NCBI RefSeq assembly: GCF_009914755.1
Contig: NC_060926.1
Length of the DNA stretch: 64,000 nucleotides
Reading direction: 5' to 3' (one strand)
DNA from: the human T2T-CHM13v2.0 reference genome, Homo sapiens
The stretch's first letter is position 1. Every line of letters starts with the position of its first letter. The notes under the pieces are model-generated. The model did not search any database, was not told the origin of the DNA, and saw nothing but the letters and a program-made list of their open reading frames with translations. The position numbers and the translations under genes are program-made. Below are positions 1-14,140 of this stretch, one piece after another.

Positions 1-88
1 TGATAAGATTTTTACATGTATTTAATGTGGAGAGATCAAGTCAGGGCATTTAGGGTGTCCATCTCCCAAGCACAACACATTTTTTAAG

Positions 89-509
89 ACTTTTAAGTTC
101 AGTATACAGGTTTGTTGCACACATAAACTTGTGTCATGGGGGTTTGTTGTACAGACTATTTTGTCACCCAGGTATTAAGCCTAGTACCCATTAGTTATTT
201 TTTCCTGATCCTCTCCCTCCTCCCATCCTCCACCCTCCGATAGGCCCCAGTGTGTGTTGTTCCCCTCTTTGCGTCCATGTGTTCTCATCATTTAGCTCCC
301 ACTTATAAGTGAGAACATGCGGTATCTGGTTTTCTGTTCCTGTGTTAGTTTGCTAAGGATAATGGTCTCCAGCTCCATCCATGTGCCTGCAAAGGACATG
401 ATCTCATTCTTTTTTATGCCTCCATAGTATTTCATGGTGTGTATGTACCACATTTTCTTTATCCAGTCTATCAATGATGGTCATTTAGGTTGATTCCGTG
501 TCTTTGCTT
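89..509 (-). mobile_element. 5'-truncated older L1PA-type 3' end (about L1PA13-16)
   Basis: gctcccacttataagtgagaacatgcggtat; ORF 292..474 is the L1 ORF2 C-terminus (MWYIHTM..YY..IKKNEIMSFAGTWMELETIILS); degenerate TSD acaacacattttttaag (72-88) / ataatacatattttaaag (510-527). Confidence 0.9.
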
Positions 510-819
510 ATAATACATATTTTAAAGTATAGTAACACTACTCTGCTATCAAACATTGAATTATACCTTCAATCTTACTATATATTTGTACACTTTAACC
601 CACTTCTCTTCACCCACCCTCTCCTCTAACTCATGCTAGCCAGTCTCTGATCTATCTTTCCACTCTTTACCTCCTTATGTTCACGTTTTTTAATCTTCCA
701 CAAACATGCTATATTTCTTTATGTATGTGCATGGCTTATTTCACTCAAGATAATAACTTTCAGTTCTCATCCATGTTGCTGCAAATGACATGATTTTATT
801 ATTTCTAATGGGTGAATAG

Positions 820-1194
<375 letters not shown>

Positions 1195-1714
1195 TAAGTG
1201 GATTCCATATTTTTGCTATTGTGACTAATTCTGCAATGAACATGTGAGTGCAATTATTTCTCTAATATATTGATTTCTTTCCCTTTGGGTAGATATACAG
1301 TTGTGAGATTGCTGGATCAAATCATAATTCTAGTTCTAGATTTTTGAGAAATCTCCATACTGTTTTTCATGGTGGCTTTACTAGTTTGTGTTCCCACCAA
1401 CAGTGTAATAGAGTTCCCTTTTCTCTGAATCCTTACCAACATCTGTTATTTTTTTTTCTTTTTAATAACTTCTCTATTACTCTAACCCACCAACTCATTG
1501 AAATCGTTGTCTTTTTTTGTCTCTCATGTAAGGACCACTCCTGTGATACAGTTTTCTCTTTTCCAGGTGAGAAACTATAGAACCGATGCAAAAATTAAAC
1601 TTATATCTCATTTTTCCATGACATTGTTTGCCCACTAAATCATACAGCTTTCCATTGCCACTTTAATTAAATGGGTTAGATTCATACTGAGTTCAAGTAT
1701 TTTTAACATTCCTT

Positions 1715-1790
1715 TATCTATCTATCTATCTAGCTATTGTCCTTCTTCTTATCTATCATCTGTTTTTCTATCATTTATCATTCTATCTAC
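1715..1790. repeat. Degenerate (TCTA)n/(TATC)n microsatellite
   Basis: tatctatctatctatctagct...tatctatcatc. Confidence 0.7.
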
Positions 1791-2380
1791 TAAGTAGCTC
1801 CAAATACACAAGTATATCCCTGAAAAGTGGCCATTTTTCTAAAATCTGCATCCCAAATTGCAAATGGAAAAATCTACATTATTATGGTGCATCTGGTCCT
1901 TGTTAATTCTTAATCTGTTGTATCTTTTACTGTCATGATTTCACCAGATGTGCAAGTCTATCTCACAAGTTAATATTTTACATAAACTACTCTAAAGAAT
2001 TGTTGAAACAAAGTTGAGACTCCTTGGCTCCCAACACTCTCTCCATACAGGAGCAGTCTAAGTCTAGCTGACCAAAAGCCAAGAAGATCATAAAAATCCA
2101 CTGACTTAGAAACTTGCAAATGAGTCCAAGATTCTCCCCACCCTCCTTGGGTGTGTGTGTTTTACCCTCTGTTGGGTTTACAAAAGAAAAGATGCTCAGG
2201 ATAATCCAGAATTTTATTAAAGATTAATACGTTTTTGAGAACTTTGCTAATACTCTGCAAAAAAAAAGGGGGGGGGGCTTTTTCTCTCTTAAAATAGAAT
2301 TCAGAACAACGGGCTTTCTTTTAAACAATGGGTTCAAAAATAGAACTTGCCATTTGGAAACCTTCTTGAGATTTTCTAGA

Positions 2381-2548
2381 ACAGTGGCTTCCCAAAGTAG
2401 CTGATCATTAGAATCGCTCAGGGGACTTTTAATAAAAATGAAGATTGCATGGTCTCCCCCCATATCTATTGAAGCAGAATTTCTGGCAAGTTGGACCAAA
2501 TTTCCTGGGTGATCCTGATATTCAGCCAGGTTTGAAAACCATGGCTAG
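2381..2548. mobile_element. MER5-family hAT-Charlie MITE
   Basis: cagtggcttcccaaa...attagaatc...ggtgatcctgat...ggtttgaaaaccatg terminal inverted repeats. Confidence 0.7.
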
Positions 2549-3177
2549 AATGTGGAGTTGGAACATTAAATACTATCTAAGCAGTTAACATTTTAGTGCC
2601 TGTGGTTATAATTTTATTCTATTAATTTCCTTTGGATTTATGTTTTGGAAGTGAAGCCTGGATGGGGAATCATTTGGCTATTATTTTGTCCAAATCCCTC
2701 ATTTTGAAAAAGCTCTTTGAAAAGCTTAAAAAGGCCCTTGCATGATGGATTTGCCCACCAGTGTCTAGATCCTTTATTGCTGTAGTGACTGTTGCTCTTC
2801 TATCAGAACTGCACCTCTAAGAGCATGAAGACAGGCCTGAGGGGAAGATGGAAAGTTATTTCTATCTTGGCTGAATCCTCAGGATTGAGTCAGAAAACTG
2901 GAGAGGACCAGCAGAAACCATCTGGTCCAGTCCTTGTCTTCATGTGGTTATGATTTGCTTCTAGGAATTTCAAAGCAGAGAGAGTCCACTGCTGGTGTTT
3001 CAAGATCCCGATAGTGAGTAAGTTCTTCCCTAGAGCCACCTGGTGTTGCTCACAAGCCGGCATGTCCTGATTCCCAATGCAGGGGAAACGATGCCATTTC
3101 CCATCCCTTTCTAATTTATTCCCTAGAACTAAGAAGCTACACATAGAACAACATGACAAGATGGATTAATCCTAATA

Positions 3178-3512
3178 CAAGTTAAACATCCCTAATCCCA
3201 AAATCCAAAATCCAAAATTAAAAAGTTTTTGAGCACCAACATGATGCCACAAGTGGAAAATTCCACACCTGACACCTTTGCTTTTCTAATAGTTCAATGT
3301 ACACAAATGTTGCTTCATGCACAAAATTATTTAAAATACTATATAAAATTACCTTCAGGCTGTGTGTATAAGGTGTATGTGAAATATAAATGAAGTTGGG
3401 TCCCATCCCAAGATATCTCATGATGTATATACAAATATTCTAAAATCAAAAAAAAATTGAAATCTGAAAGACTTCTGTTTTCCAGCATTTTGGATAAAGG
3501 ATACTCGACCAG
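3178..3512. mobile_element. Tigger4b/MER46-type TcMar-Tigger element
   Basis: TIRs caagttaaacatccct / aaggatactcgaccag flanked by TA; internal gccacaagtggaaaattccacacctgac and aaaattaccttcaggct. Confidence 0.9.
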
Positions 3513-3529
3513 TATGACCATGGTATAAT

Positions 3530-3660
3530 GACAACCCTAGACTAAGTCAAGAAATCTAGATGGTAGTCCCAGCACTGACACTAACAGAATATGCAAAATC
3601 AGGCTAATCATTAATATTTTTGTGGCTTAGTTTCCTCATCTGCAAACGAAAGAAGTCAAA
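3530..3660 (+). mobile_element. MIR fragment
   Basis: MIR core cttagtttcctcatctgcaaa. Confidence 0.6.
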
Positions 3661-6019
3661 CCCTTTCTGGCTTGATGTAGTATATGCCTATCATTCCATC
3701 ATTCATTTACTTGGCCATCAAGGCCCTTCAATGTGCCTTAATGAGGTCAGTGCTCAGTAAAAGTAGGGAATGAGACAAATATGTCCCGTGACCACAAAGA
3801 TATTATATTTATAAAGAAAATGGACAAATAAGAAACAAACATTGGTATGTAATTACGTTTATATCTTTTCTGCAAAAGAAAAGGAAAATGTTGAGACAGT
3901 CACCATTTAGGCTAGAGTCTTTCCTCCCCCCGACAGCACGCCTGGCCCTCTAATTCCCTAAAATGTGGAACAACAGATGGCCCATGCATTCCAAGAATTC
4001 TCTAAATGGACTGATTTACCCATTAGCATGAAACTGATCAATCTTATTAGATTTTGGCAGCTTCTAGATGACCATATTTATGAGGAAGTGTCCAAGTTTG
4101 CTGGCAGAACTATATATCTTCCAAGAAAACTAATAGGGTCTCCAAACTTTAGAGTCTAAAGAGATATGGCCCTAGTGTCAGTATTATCACTTGGCTAGGA
4201 ACTAGTGACAAGGTCAAAATCAGAAACTGAAGTCATCGATCGGCACATCAGCTTCACATAGAAAAAGTGTTTCATGGCCACAAAATGAACTATTAACTCA
4301 GCCCTTCACCCAAGTGTGTGTTGGTTACAAAGGAACCCAATATTATATGGATAACTCACTTAAATATATCACTAGTGATGGAAAACATCTTCTGTAGCAT
4401 TTTATTTGCTGCATACTGGGGGTGGGGAGGAGGGTGTCAGTCCAGTATTAATCAACTCTACTAACAAGCTGTTTCTTTACACTGAGGCAACACTTGTAAC
4501 TTTCCAGTATGTCTTTGGGTCAGTTGCATAGATGATACATGCAACAACACTATGAGGCAGATGGGATGATGTATTGTATCACATGCCCATCTGAAAGGAT
4601 AAACTATGGCCTAAGAGGATTGAGTGAATCCCTCTCCAGTCATGTAGTTAATTGGAAAATGTGTGCACGCACTGCCTCCCACCCATCTCCCCAAGTCCCT
4701 GTCTATACCAAAGGACTGCTTATGTAAACACGGATAGTGACAAAGTCCACAAAGAATATATTACATGGAGGAGAAAACACGGAATAGATCACACAGAAGA
4801 GAACAGAGCACAGTTGGTCTCTGCTCACTCTGTATAATCCATTGCATTCTTTCTCAGAAAGCCAAGTTGCCAGTGACTATACTAAATGCTGAAGTAGGTA
4901 GACATCACATGCCTTTTTCCGCTTATTTGTTTTTAAAGAAGAAAGGTCTTAGGTTAGACACTTCAGTTCTTTGTTCAATTGCATTTGAGATATTTCACTG
5001 TTGTTGTTGTTTATCAGCAACAGTGGCTGCATCGTCATTTTCACTATTCCTTTGGGATGAAATCTCAAACCCCCATGCAGTGAGGCTAGTTGTGTGACAG
5101 TGATGACAAGCACTTGTTCCATCACCTGAAGTACCTTCTTGGCAATCCCTCCTATACCTACCTGTGATTTAAAGTAGGAAAGCCCTTAAACATACAGTCT
5201 GAAACAGAATTGGAAATTACAGATGGTTTAGCATTCAACACATGTGAATCACAGAAATCAGTTCAGTCAGCTGAATTTACCTCATTAGATTATCAGAAAT
5301 TTTGACTCTGTGACAGCTTGAGTGGTGAACGTCTACAAATATTTTTTTTCTCTCAGCAATTTTGCAGAAGGCCAAGATTTTGATGTAACTAAATAGTGTC
5401 AGGCATTATGAGGAGCTGTTTGTTTTTGTTCTCATAAAAACAATTAGTAAGCTATTCCCTAGAATCATTGATGGACACCAGTTCATTCAACGGGTCATTG
5501 TATTTCCTGTAATTCAGTCTTCCCACACTTTTTCATAAGAGCTGTCATTGGCTGGGACCTTCTTTGAGGGAAACAAGCCCTGAAAGAAACAATGACTCCA
5601 GCTTGTATGAATCGCACCCTGGAAAACTCAGCCCAGCACACTGCAGGAGTAAAAGGCAGTGCCCAGCCCTGTGTCTTTGAAAGACTGGCTCAAAAATAGC
5701 CCGGACATTTTCCTGTTTGGAGAACTCAGTAACAGCTGTTCATAGCCCACATTTCTTTCATACCCTCCCCAGCCACAAAGAAAATACAAATTCACACTAG
5801 CTGTAGGAATGGACGTTATTCAACATTCGTGTGCCTTCAAAAATAGCACAGGAAGAGTTATAGACACAATGGAGGGAAAAATGAGGAAAACTCAGGAGGA
5901 GTAGAGAGACTAGGGAGGAGATGCTTTTAAACAATGAGAAACTTAAAATAAGCAGGAAGGCAAAAAAGAAAGGGCAGGATTTGAAAAGTCTACCTCTGAG
6001 AAATGATAGGGTGGTGTGA

Positions 6020-6210
6020 AAAGGGCACTGTAGTGGGAGCTGTAAAAGTCAAGAATGTTGTTGGCTCTGCTGCTAATTAGTTGTGTTTTCTAGAGCATAC
6101 CCCTTACCGTCTCCAGGCCACTACCATAGAATGGTCAGGGGGTGGAGGCAATAGAGATTAAGCGGTCTCTAAAAATTCATCCTGATTCTAAAAATGTCAC
6201 ATTGTATGAA
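6020..6210 (+). mobile_element. MIR3-like fragment
   Basis: gaaaagggcactg...ggctctgctgctaattagttgtg...tctctaa...ttctaaaaat. Confidence 0.5.
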
Positions 6211-6569
6211 AGTATAGAATGTGGTTATTAGGCAGGGGGGAGTTGGGAGAAACACTGGATATACCCTCCATGTATTTATGTATCAGTCCCCTGGAGAAGG
6301 GCATTCAGTGGTCTGAAGATGAGGAAAAAAGAAACACACCCAGCTTCATGGCCACTTCCTTCCCCTATCCTAGAATAGCTGCCTGAGAGGATGGTGAGAA
6401 AGTGGTCTTACCCACCCCAGGCTACAGCAGTAGCACCCAGAAAGACGTAAAGTCCAGTTCTCAAAGACCCACGACCACCAAATTTCCCCTGTCTTTCATG
6501 GAGTCCCCTGTAGGTTCTTGCCAAGGATCACAAATTCAAGATGGCAGAGTGCATGGGCTCCAACAGAAG

Positions 6570-6820
6570 CCATTTAGCATGTAGGTAAAAAGTCAGGTAC
6601 TGAGCCAGACAGAACTGCATTTTCACTTTAACAGAACTGCATTTTCACTTTATTGAGGGTTTGATCTGTGACCTTTGGTATATACCTTAATCTCTCCCTG
6701 AACTTAATTTTTAAAATATTTCTCAAATGGAGACAGAAATGCAGTTATGAATTTTAAATGTAGTTGTCAAAGTGCATAGCACAGATTAAGTGCTTAATAT
6801 ACATATTATCTATTATTATT
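6570..6820 (+). mobile_element. MIR carrying a 22-bp tandem duplication
   Basis: gagccagacaga...tgtgaccttt...aaagtgcatagcacag...attattatt; perfect repeat at 6609-6652. Confidence 0.6.
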
Positions 6821-7210
6821 GTTAATGTTATATTCATGGAATGCTTTACTTAGCTTGGAGAAGTGTTTTTTGTTTGATTTTCTCAGGTCCCTTGACCTCC
6901 TGAATCACCATATCATCTTTGATGAAAAGCAAACAAAACAACCAAATCAGAAGACCTCTAGCAAGGGCTGGTCAAAGGGCTTCCAACAAGTGCTGGTGGC
7001 TGTTGATCAGACATTGACTAGAGCTCTATCAAGCATGGAAAAATCAGCCTTAAATCCCTAATGTAGACCAATTAGTGAGTAAATCTCAACATTTTAAACT
7101 GGGATTCCAATTTTATAGTTAGAGCTCCCTAGGGCAACAAACGCACATTTTTCCATCCAGTCTAGGCATATGGAGTGTTTCCCTTACCCCTCCCTTCAGA
7201 AAAAGGGGCA

Positions 7211-7844
<634 letters not shown>

Positions 7845-9068
7845 TTAACAAAAAGAAACTATAGGCATACATACTTATCTGAAATGAGGAACCTAACACA
7901 CAATGTCAGCCTTTTCTGCAGACACAGGGGTTAGATAATCTGAAAGGGCCCCATGGGACAAATCATCCTGAGTGAGAGGAGACTCTGAGGGACTATTTGA
8001 TATTCAGGCAGACAGAGATTCAAAAATGTGTTTCATAGGGGATCTTTCTTAGCAGAAGTCGGAGAATACACAGTCATCCATTCAGAAGGATTCATGTGAG
8101 TTTCTGTATGGAAGCAAGGCTTTGATAGAATGGTATTTTAGGGGCAATTTTTACTTCTAACACACATTGATGTAGTCTTCTTACAGCAAAATAGAATCAT
8201 AGGATTTTTAAGTGGCACTAAACTTATACAATCTTCCATTGAACCCCTTCATTTTATTTGTCCAGGTAACTACTTGACTGTATTTTAAAGTAAACCCTGA
8301 ATGACCTAAATCTTCGTGCAATAAAATCACAATACAATACATGAGAGTTCTGTTTGTTTGTGTGTTTGTATTTGTTTTTGTGGAGCACTCAGTCAATCTG
8401 GCTAAATGCCCAAGGCCCTGGACATTGGACCATTCCATTTGAAATGGACACGGTGACAGAAATGTACCTAAGGACCTTCCAAGGACAACAGAACACACAG
8501 GAACACAAAGGTTCCAACTAAGTGGTAGAAACTGTGATAACCAACTCTGTAAATCTATGGATCAGATTTCACACCAGGAACTAGCTGGGCTCTAAAGGGG
8601 AGATTTCCAGGGCACCAGGCAAAGGTGGTTGTGGAGAGGGCTGAGGGGAAATAGGCTCAGGATGCTGACAGAACAGGGGCCACAGGATCTCCAAGACAGA
8701 ATCCCAGTTCTACAAATGGTCAGGGAACAACCCTTGGCATCTTTTCATTTTCAACATAATTTCCTGAATATCCAAATGAGGAGTACTCATGACAGAGCCC
8801 TCCCTCTGCCCAGCATCAACGGCTATAACCCTGGAATTGGGTACAGCCCAAGTGTTGAGCAACCCTCACTCTCATTTCCTGAGTGGAGTCTGGTCCCCAG
8901 CCAGGCCAAGTGTGGTCCATGGAGAGTAGTTACGGCGATGCTAGTTTTTCTAGATCCTTTAGGGAACACCCACCTATTCCCAGGTGATTCCAAAGCTGAT
9001 CCAGAAAAGCAACACATACAAATCCTACCAACCCTGTTTTTAGATTTCTTACTTCTACTGACGGAGCA

Positions 9069-9240
9069 GTTAAGACCTGCCCTGTGGTAACAATGTTATG
9101 TGGAGAAAAGTACAAGAGTATCACCAAGGTTATGATTAAATCCCAGAGCATCTCTAAACAAATGAAGCTTAAGGAAAGACAAGAACAGAATAGGGCAAAG
9201 GCAAAAGATCCCACCTAAAATTCAAAACACTATCTCTATT
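9069..9240 (+). repeat. Copy 1 of a 172-bp dispersed direct repeat
   Basis: Ungapped manual alignment to 10040-10211, 29 mismatches (~83% identity). Confidence 0.95.
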
Positions 9241-9754
9241 TCTGCACGGTCAGCATAATGGTGAAAAGGTCCCAAGCTGAGGGATGAGGATGTGATCAGA
9301 AGCAAAGTCAAGTGAGGACACTGGGATAGGAGGCACCTCATGGGCAATCACTGAGCACACACCCATATTTTCATAGTGCTGGACAGAACGAGGCAGACCC
9401 AGGCTGCTAGGTCCAGGAAAACAGAACTGACACAATTGACTACAAGTTTTTCCAAGGAAGTGTTCATTTTTAGCCAAGTTTTCTTTGTGGACTCCAGCTC
9501 TGGCTGTTTGCTTTGTATTTGCCAAGTTTATAATGTAAGTTTTATGATTTCTGTTAAGAGGAGTAAGTTTCCCTCAAGGAGAGATCTAAAGTAGGTAAGC
9601 CTGCTTACTTTTCCAAAAGAACCAGAGGAAACTTCAGGGAAATGCTAAGCTGTGGAAACAGGAGAAGAAAAGAATTTGGATGTAAGAGACAGAGAAGATG
9701 AGAAATTCTCAAAGTGATCTCACATTCATCTATGAGTTCATACTCCTATCATTC

Positions 9755-10030
9755 AATAGTCATCAATTCATTCATTCATGTGTTCAATAAATATTTCTTG
9801 GGCTTTTATGGTTTGCCATGTTAGGCATCAGAGAATGGGCAATACAGCTGCTCTTGAGCTTGCCACCTTGTGTAAGAGATGGATAATACACACGTAAATA
9901 AATAGGAATGTAATGTCCGGGAATGACCATTGTTCTGAATCCAACTATCACAGGAAGTGGGGTTCTTGATGGCCCAGCATGAGCTACTTCTAATAAGGTG
10001 GTCAGGGAAGGCTGTCTGGGAGGGTGGTGG
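9755..10030 (-). mobile_element. L2 3' end
   Basis: cattcattcat...aataaatattt tail; ggtggtcagggaaggc L2 motif; L2-like sequence seems to resume at ~10290-10460. Confidence 0.75.
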
Positions 10031-10039
10031 AGCAGAGAG

Positions 10040-10211
10040 GTTAAGACCTGCCTCATGGTAACAATGTTGTGTGCAGAGAGGTCCAACAGCGTCACCAAGG
10101 TTATGATTAAATCCAAGATCACCTCTAAGCAAACGTAGGCTAGGGAAAGACAGGAACAGCAGAGGGCAATGGGAAAAGACCCTATCTAAAATTCAAAACA
10201 CCATCTCTATT
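10040..10211 (+). repeat. Copy 2 of the 172-bp dispersed direct repeat
   Basis: Shares blocks such as tcaccaaggttatgattaaatcc and ctaaaattcaaaacac with 9069-9240. Confidence 0.95.
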
Positions 10212-10784
10212 CTTCTGATATTCTATATGTTAACAGATAGAATATTACTCCTTTCCCAGAATACATCAGAATAGATCTGTTCTTCTCCATCCCTATGAAG
10301 TGAGGGAGGGAGTTTTGACAAGACGTGAAGGAATAGCCAGCTTTTCTGCTAAGGAGATGGGAGCATAGTTGAAGGGCCATAAGATGACCAAAGTGACTAA
10401 AGCCACATGGGCAGAGCTGAGATGGAGGCAAGAGACAGTAGTCACTTCCCGCAGAGACCGTTAGGTCAGGAGTTCAGCATATTGTTTGCCACATATAGGT
10501 CTGTAATTTGTTTATTTCTGTTGACAGAAGCTTGTGAAAATATGTATTTCTTTGCAATAAATCTGTGTATAAATGTCCTTCACGCATTTTTACTACTCAT
10601 ATGGTAAACAGGGCTTTTTCCATTTCTTCTCTATGTTACCTTCTCCAGGAGCTCCTGCCCCTGCAAGCTCTTCTGTAAGGCCTTCCCAGCCACTCCAGGC
10701 CAGCATGCTTGCTCCCATCTCTGATGCATCTCCCATCCTGCCCCCAATCCCTGCTCTACCTGTATCCTATGCCATATCTAGTTA

Positions 10785-10810
10785 GTGTGTGTGTGTGTGT
10801 GTGTGTGTGT
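10785..10810. repeat. (GT)13 microsatellite
   Basis: Direct reading. Confidence 0.95.
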
Positions 10811-10839
10811 TAAGGTCTATCTTGTCACCAAAGAAGCTC

Positions 10840-11030
10840 CCGGTGAAAATACGGGCTTTGGAGTCAAGAAAGATTTGCCCCACCCACTAATTCAGCCCCA
10901 CCATTCACCACATAAGTGAAATTAGTTTCTCAGCCTCAATTGTAAAATGGGGATGACAACATTGGTACCTTACAGTATAGTTGTAAAGAAGATGTAGTAT
11001 ATGAAGACAGTGTTTGGGAACAGGAGTGAG
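10840..11030 (+). mobile_element. MIR
   Basis: gggctttggagtcaaga...tgtaaaatggggatgacaa...tacctt. Confidence 0.75.
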
Positions 11031-11179
11031 GCCAGCAGGTCTGTGGGTTCTTGCGGAAAGCGGGACTGTGCCTGTGATTTTCAGTTCTATTTCATAGCAC
11101 CTTATAACACAACGCTTCCTGTGCGTGGTCTCTGAAGGGAGCACAACACACTCCAAAAATCGCTGGATCTGGAACGATC

Positions 11180-11345
11180 AGAAATAGATTCCCTTCTAGG
11201 TTCTGTCTCTAACTAGTTATATGACCAAGAACCAAAGTAATTTAATTATTCCAAGCCTCAGTTTCCTCATCTATAAAATAGGCATGATTATGCCAATCTC
11301 ACAGGGATGTTAGATATATAACCTGTGAGATTGTATATGGAAAGA
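11180..11345 (+). mobile_element. MIR
   Basis: aagcctcagtttcctcatctataaaatagg. Confidence 0.75.
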
Positions 11346-12109
11346 AGAAAGCATTTTCTGTTCTAAAATTCTGATCCTGTGATTTTTCAACTCTTGTTGA
11401 TCTAATATAAAATCCAATTACATGAATCCACAATTTATTTAACAAGGAATTCATAGACTCAGTGCTTCAGTACCTTTCTCTGACAACTCCTTCCTGGACT
11501 GGAAGACCAGGGAGTGGTGAAAGCCATCTTGCTGTTGCCCAGAACAGAAGTCACAAGGGGAGGGCCAGTGTTTAAGGTACATGTGACTCAACACATGGCT
11601 ATCAGAAAACAATGTATTTCTTTCCAAGATGAAGGTCATTAACAACCTCTGCACTGGCAAACCTGACAAATTACTCTGTATTTATTTCAGCCTCAGATCT
11701 TCTACCTGAAACAGTTCAAGTGACATTAAAAATATCTCACTAAGTGGCAGTGTAAAATTGGGTGTAGCTAGGGAAGGTCACTGTGCCCTAACAGACTCGC
11801 TCAGCGACTTTATGCAATTCTAAATGTACTCTGGCCTTGACAGAATTTACATTTTGCTGTTACACTTCAGTGTGTTTTAGAGAGAGCCAGATGTATAACA
11901 GTTGACAGGCATGCATGTCAATACAACAGGTCCATAAAGCAGGAAGAAGATGGGCATAGGGAAAAGGTAGCTGATAAATAACAATTACCATTAGCCAGTG
12001 ACTAAATACTAATACCTTCATACTATTCTTTTTCAAGACTATCACGTAACCCTCACCATGACTTTGGCAAGCATATGAAAACTGGTAATAGTTTGGGTCC
12101 TACTAAAAT

Positions 12110-12250
12110 ATTCTGTAACTCAATCTGTAGGTACCACGGGAGTAAAGAATTTTGTTTACTGATGTGTCTCAAACACTGAGAACAGTGTCTGGCACATAGT
12201 ATGTACTTAACAAATATTGAAACAAAACCCAAAAAGGAATGAATAAATGA
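12110..12250 (+). mobile_element. L2 3' end
   Basis: aacagtgtctggcacatagt...aaatatt...gaatgaataaatga. Confidence 0.7.
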
Positions 12251-13139
12251 GAATCCTGTTTTGAGTTTCCCTGCTTAATTCCAGGTTCATTTTATATCAC
12301 AGTTGCAAAGCAGTTTGTGTTTAGTCATCGTCATCTACACAATTAAACATGGTTCACTAGTTAGTTTATAAAGCTAATGTTTCCATTTGCTTATAGTACA
12401 CAGAAGAGTGATACATTAGAATGGGCAATGCCATCTCAAGAAAGAAGAGTGAGCAGGCTGGTTAAATGATGTGACAAAGATCAGGCAGAAAAAATAGTGA
12501 CAAAAGGAGCACCTGGAAGGCCCAAGGCCAGCTGCTCCCTGGCTCTCCATCACCCAAGGGCACTTATCACTCTGTGGGAGGAAATTAGGCAAAGGGAGAG
12601 AGGTCAAGACTTTCTTGCTTGTCCAAGAAATCATTCTGACATCAGGAAAGTTTGGGTTTGTGAGAAAAAGTTGGTAGCCCTTTAACTTGATCTATGTGGA
12701 ACTCATGCTTTGGCCTTTTTGTTCAGAGACAGTGCCGTTGCACTGATGCAGCATCTGGAATTGGGAGTAAGAGGCCCATATGGGACCCCTTTCCATTTCT
12801 GTTTTACCATTTGCCTCTGCAATTTGAGACAGACCCTTCATTGTACCTTAAGTGTTCATTCTCATATAGCCAAAAACCATACAGGCTTACCAACAACACT
12901 GCTATCAAGGCCTAATTTCTGTCTTATACAAAACCTTGGGCTTAGGGCTTTACCTTTACCTTTGTTCACCAAGATATCTCAGTTTTTTTCTCTCCTAATG
13001 ACCTTCTCCTCTGCATTTCCATGTCATTGCCTCAGCTCCACCTTTTCTTGAGTCTTCCCTAAACAAACAGAAGTACTTCCCAGCCAGTTTCAATGTCTCA
13101 AGTCCTGCATCCCTTCAATCCATTTTCCATACTTCTGTC

Positions 13140-13990
13140 TGTACACCAAAAATAAATTTCTAAGCCTCCTAACCAAGTGAATGAGCCCCCTCTTAGCCAA
13201 GAGCATTCCAAAGTAAACCTGAAACTCGACTTCAGGCCATGATGAGAAGGTGCGGTCAGACATGCCTCATTATACCCTCCTCTCTATGGAAATCGGGTAC
13301 AACTAACCAGCCTTAACATTAAAGCAGGGATGTTAAGACTGATAAAATAGACTTTTTATAGCAATAAGACACCCAGTTCCAGCCTAGCTCTGGTATAGCC
13401 ATACATGTCAGAGAGCAGGCACCAAAAGAAATTATTTTACCCCAAAATATATTTTTGACATACTTTGAAATGGCCCTGCAAAGTAGAGGAAAATCTACAT
13501 TTTGTCGAGAATCCCCTTCCCTTTCCAGGTCTTTTCCCTGATCCAAGAGAGAACTGACTAAGAGTCTGGCATCTTTTAAGGTATGATAAGAGCTCTGAAG
13601 CCTGCTACCTGGAAGCTTCATCTGCACAACAAAACCTTGGTCTCCACAACCCCTTATCTTAACCCAGAAATTCCTTTCTATTGGTTCCAGGTCTTTAGAT
13701 AATAACTTTTTCAACCAACTGCCAATCAGAAAATCTTTGAATCCACCTATGATCTAAAAGCCTCCAGTTTGAGTTGTCCTGCCTTTCTGGACTGAACCAA
13801 CATACATCTTACATGTATTGATTGATGTCTTATATCTCCATAAAATGTATAAAACCAAGCTGTAGCCTGACCATTTGGGCCCATGTTCTCAGGATCTCCT
13901 GGGACTATGTCACAGTCCATTTCTCACTCATTTTTGGCTCAGAATAAACCTCTGTAAATATTTTACAGAGTTTGACCTGTTGCCTCGAGA
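13140..13990 (+). mobile_element. MER4D-type ERV1 solo LTR
   Basis: tgtacaccaaaaataaatttctaagcc start; ttcaggccatgatg, gacatgcctcattataccctcc, atgtataaaaccaagctg, ggctcagaataaa (polyA signal), ttttacagagtttgac end. Confidence 0.9.
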
Positions 13991-14140
13991 CTTCCACCCT
14001 ACACGCGATTCCAAAAGGCAATCTTGATTGCATAGGAAAACCAGTTGCTTAGCACAGAAACACACTGACGCTTAGTGCAGTAGGCACAGGGACTGTGTAC
14101 AGATCTACACATGCAGAATAAACTGGAAACCAGCCATTAC

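Noticed and set aside
292-474. ORF resembling a real protein (also 55564..55749)
   Set aside because: Decayed L1 ORF2 C-terminal fragments, not genes
2259-2277. A9G10 homopolymer junction
   Set aside because: Simple slippage-prone run with no further structure
9069-10211. Duplicated coding exons or a CRISPR-like array
   Set aside because: No codon-position bias, a stop in copy 2, only two units, and a eukaryotic context with no cas genes
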